The position numbers were made by a program, and so were the translations under genes. Source: an uncultured delta proteobacterium (GTDB lineage Bacteria > Desulfobacterota > Binatia > UBA9968). From it: 64,000 nt of DNA. The DNA lies in assembly GCA_963727625.1 (NCBI GenBank), contig CAVSHR010000002.1, forward strand, positions 416,001 to 480,000, given 5' to 3'. Shown one piece after another: positions 62,002-64,000 of this stretch (the stretch's first letter is position 1; each line of letters begins with the position of its first letter). A model generated the notes under the pieces. It saw only the letters and a list, made by a program, of their open reading frames with translations. It ran no database searches and had not been told where the DNA came from.

Positions 62002-62703
62002 CTAGAGCGCGGGTCGATCACGATCATTCAGAGCAAGACTCTGCGGCGAAAGACCATCGCTATCAACGAGCCGGCGCGGCAGGCGCTCAACTGGCTTCAA
62101 GAGAACCGCTACGGAGAGCTGCTCTTTATGTGGCCGTGGGGCGCGCCAATCGGCAAGGTGACCGTCTACGATGCCTTCAAAAAGGCCTGTGGTGCGGTCA
62201 AAATCGACGATTTCCGGTTTCATGACCTGCGGCATACCTTTGCGTCTCATCTCGTCATGGCGGGTGTGGATTTGGTCACGGTGAAGGAATTGCTTGGCCA
62301 CAAGACTATCAACATGACGAACCGCTACACTCACCTTGCCCAAGAGCACAAGGCGCAAGCCGTGGCGAAACTGAGCGAACGGATGCACGCGGAGAAAACC
62401 GCGACGGACGCTCAAGCGGAGATCGTTTCAGAAGAATTGAAACACGCTATCAACGCGGTTTTGACACCGAAGTTGGCACAAAACCGGAACATTTTTTTAG
62501 TGAGAAGAGGGCGCGGACTCGGAATCGTCAACGATTTCAAAGATGAATTGGAGGCGGCGAGCGGATTCGAACCGCTGCATCGAGGTTTTGCAGACCTCTC
62601 CCTTAACCACTTGGGTACGCCGCCTTGTTGTCTAGCTAACATGAAGATTTCACGACTTGCAACAACGGCGCAAATTATTGACAATCCAGAGGGAAACACG
62701 TAA
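62002..62703 (+). pseudogene. Tyrosine integrase C-terminal fragment, reading antisense through tRNA-Cys
   Basis: HDLRHTFASHL, LLGH and RYTH motifs; N-terminus missing at the IS5 end. Confidence 0.88.
62549..62624 (-). tRNA. tRNA-Cys(GCA)
   Basis: GGCGGCG acceptor stem, CTGCAAA anticodon loop, GGTTCGAATCC, encoded CCA. Confidence 0.95.
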
Positions 62704-62717
62704 TTAAAACAAACTGA

Positions 62718-64000
<1,283 letters not shown>

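Larger units (their letters stand above)
54521..62585. mobile_element. ~8-kb genomic island integrated at tRNA-Cys
   Basis: Direct att repeats, tyrosine integrase fragment next to the tRNA, accessory cargo (SRAP, HGGxSTG, IS5). Confidence 0.88.

Overview
GC-rich bacterial window. The abundant NitT/TauT binding proteins, PEP-CTERM gene and palindromic intergenic repeats suggest a deltaproteobacterial/Binatia-like organism, but this is inference only. About 0.5-21 kb and 39.5-54.5 kb are metabolic or housekeeping: ABC transporter, RimK-like ATP-grasp operon, LLM oxidoreductase, molybdoenzymes, sfsA, pncA, gdhA, efp, coaE and grxC. About 17.7-39.5 kb is an accessory hot spot. It holds three toxin-antitoxin modules and displaced 3' ends of host genes behind each cargo block. 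It also holds IS256 and IS1380 elements and a Sec-exported SpvB/Rhs polymorphic toxin with two orphan toxin-immunity cassettes. The cassette junctions carry REP-like hairpins of a Y1 (HUH) transposase, each next to local tandem duplications. From 54.5 to 62.6 kb lies an island integrated at tRNA-Cys; its integrase ORF reads through the att core, so its C-terminus would switch on excision. The window ends in a ferredoxin-membrane fusion gene. Four single-base frameshifts fall in short homopolymers and may be sequencing errors. All family calls come from motif recognition by eye; no database search was run.
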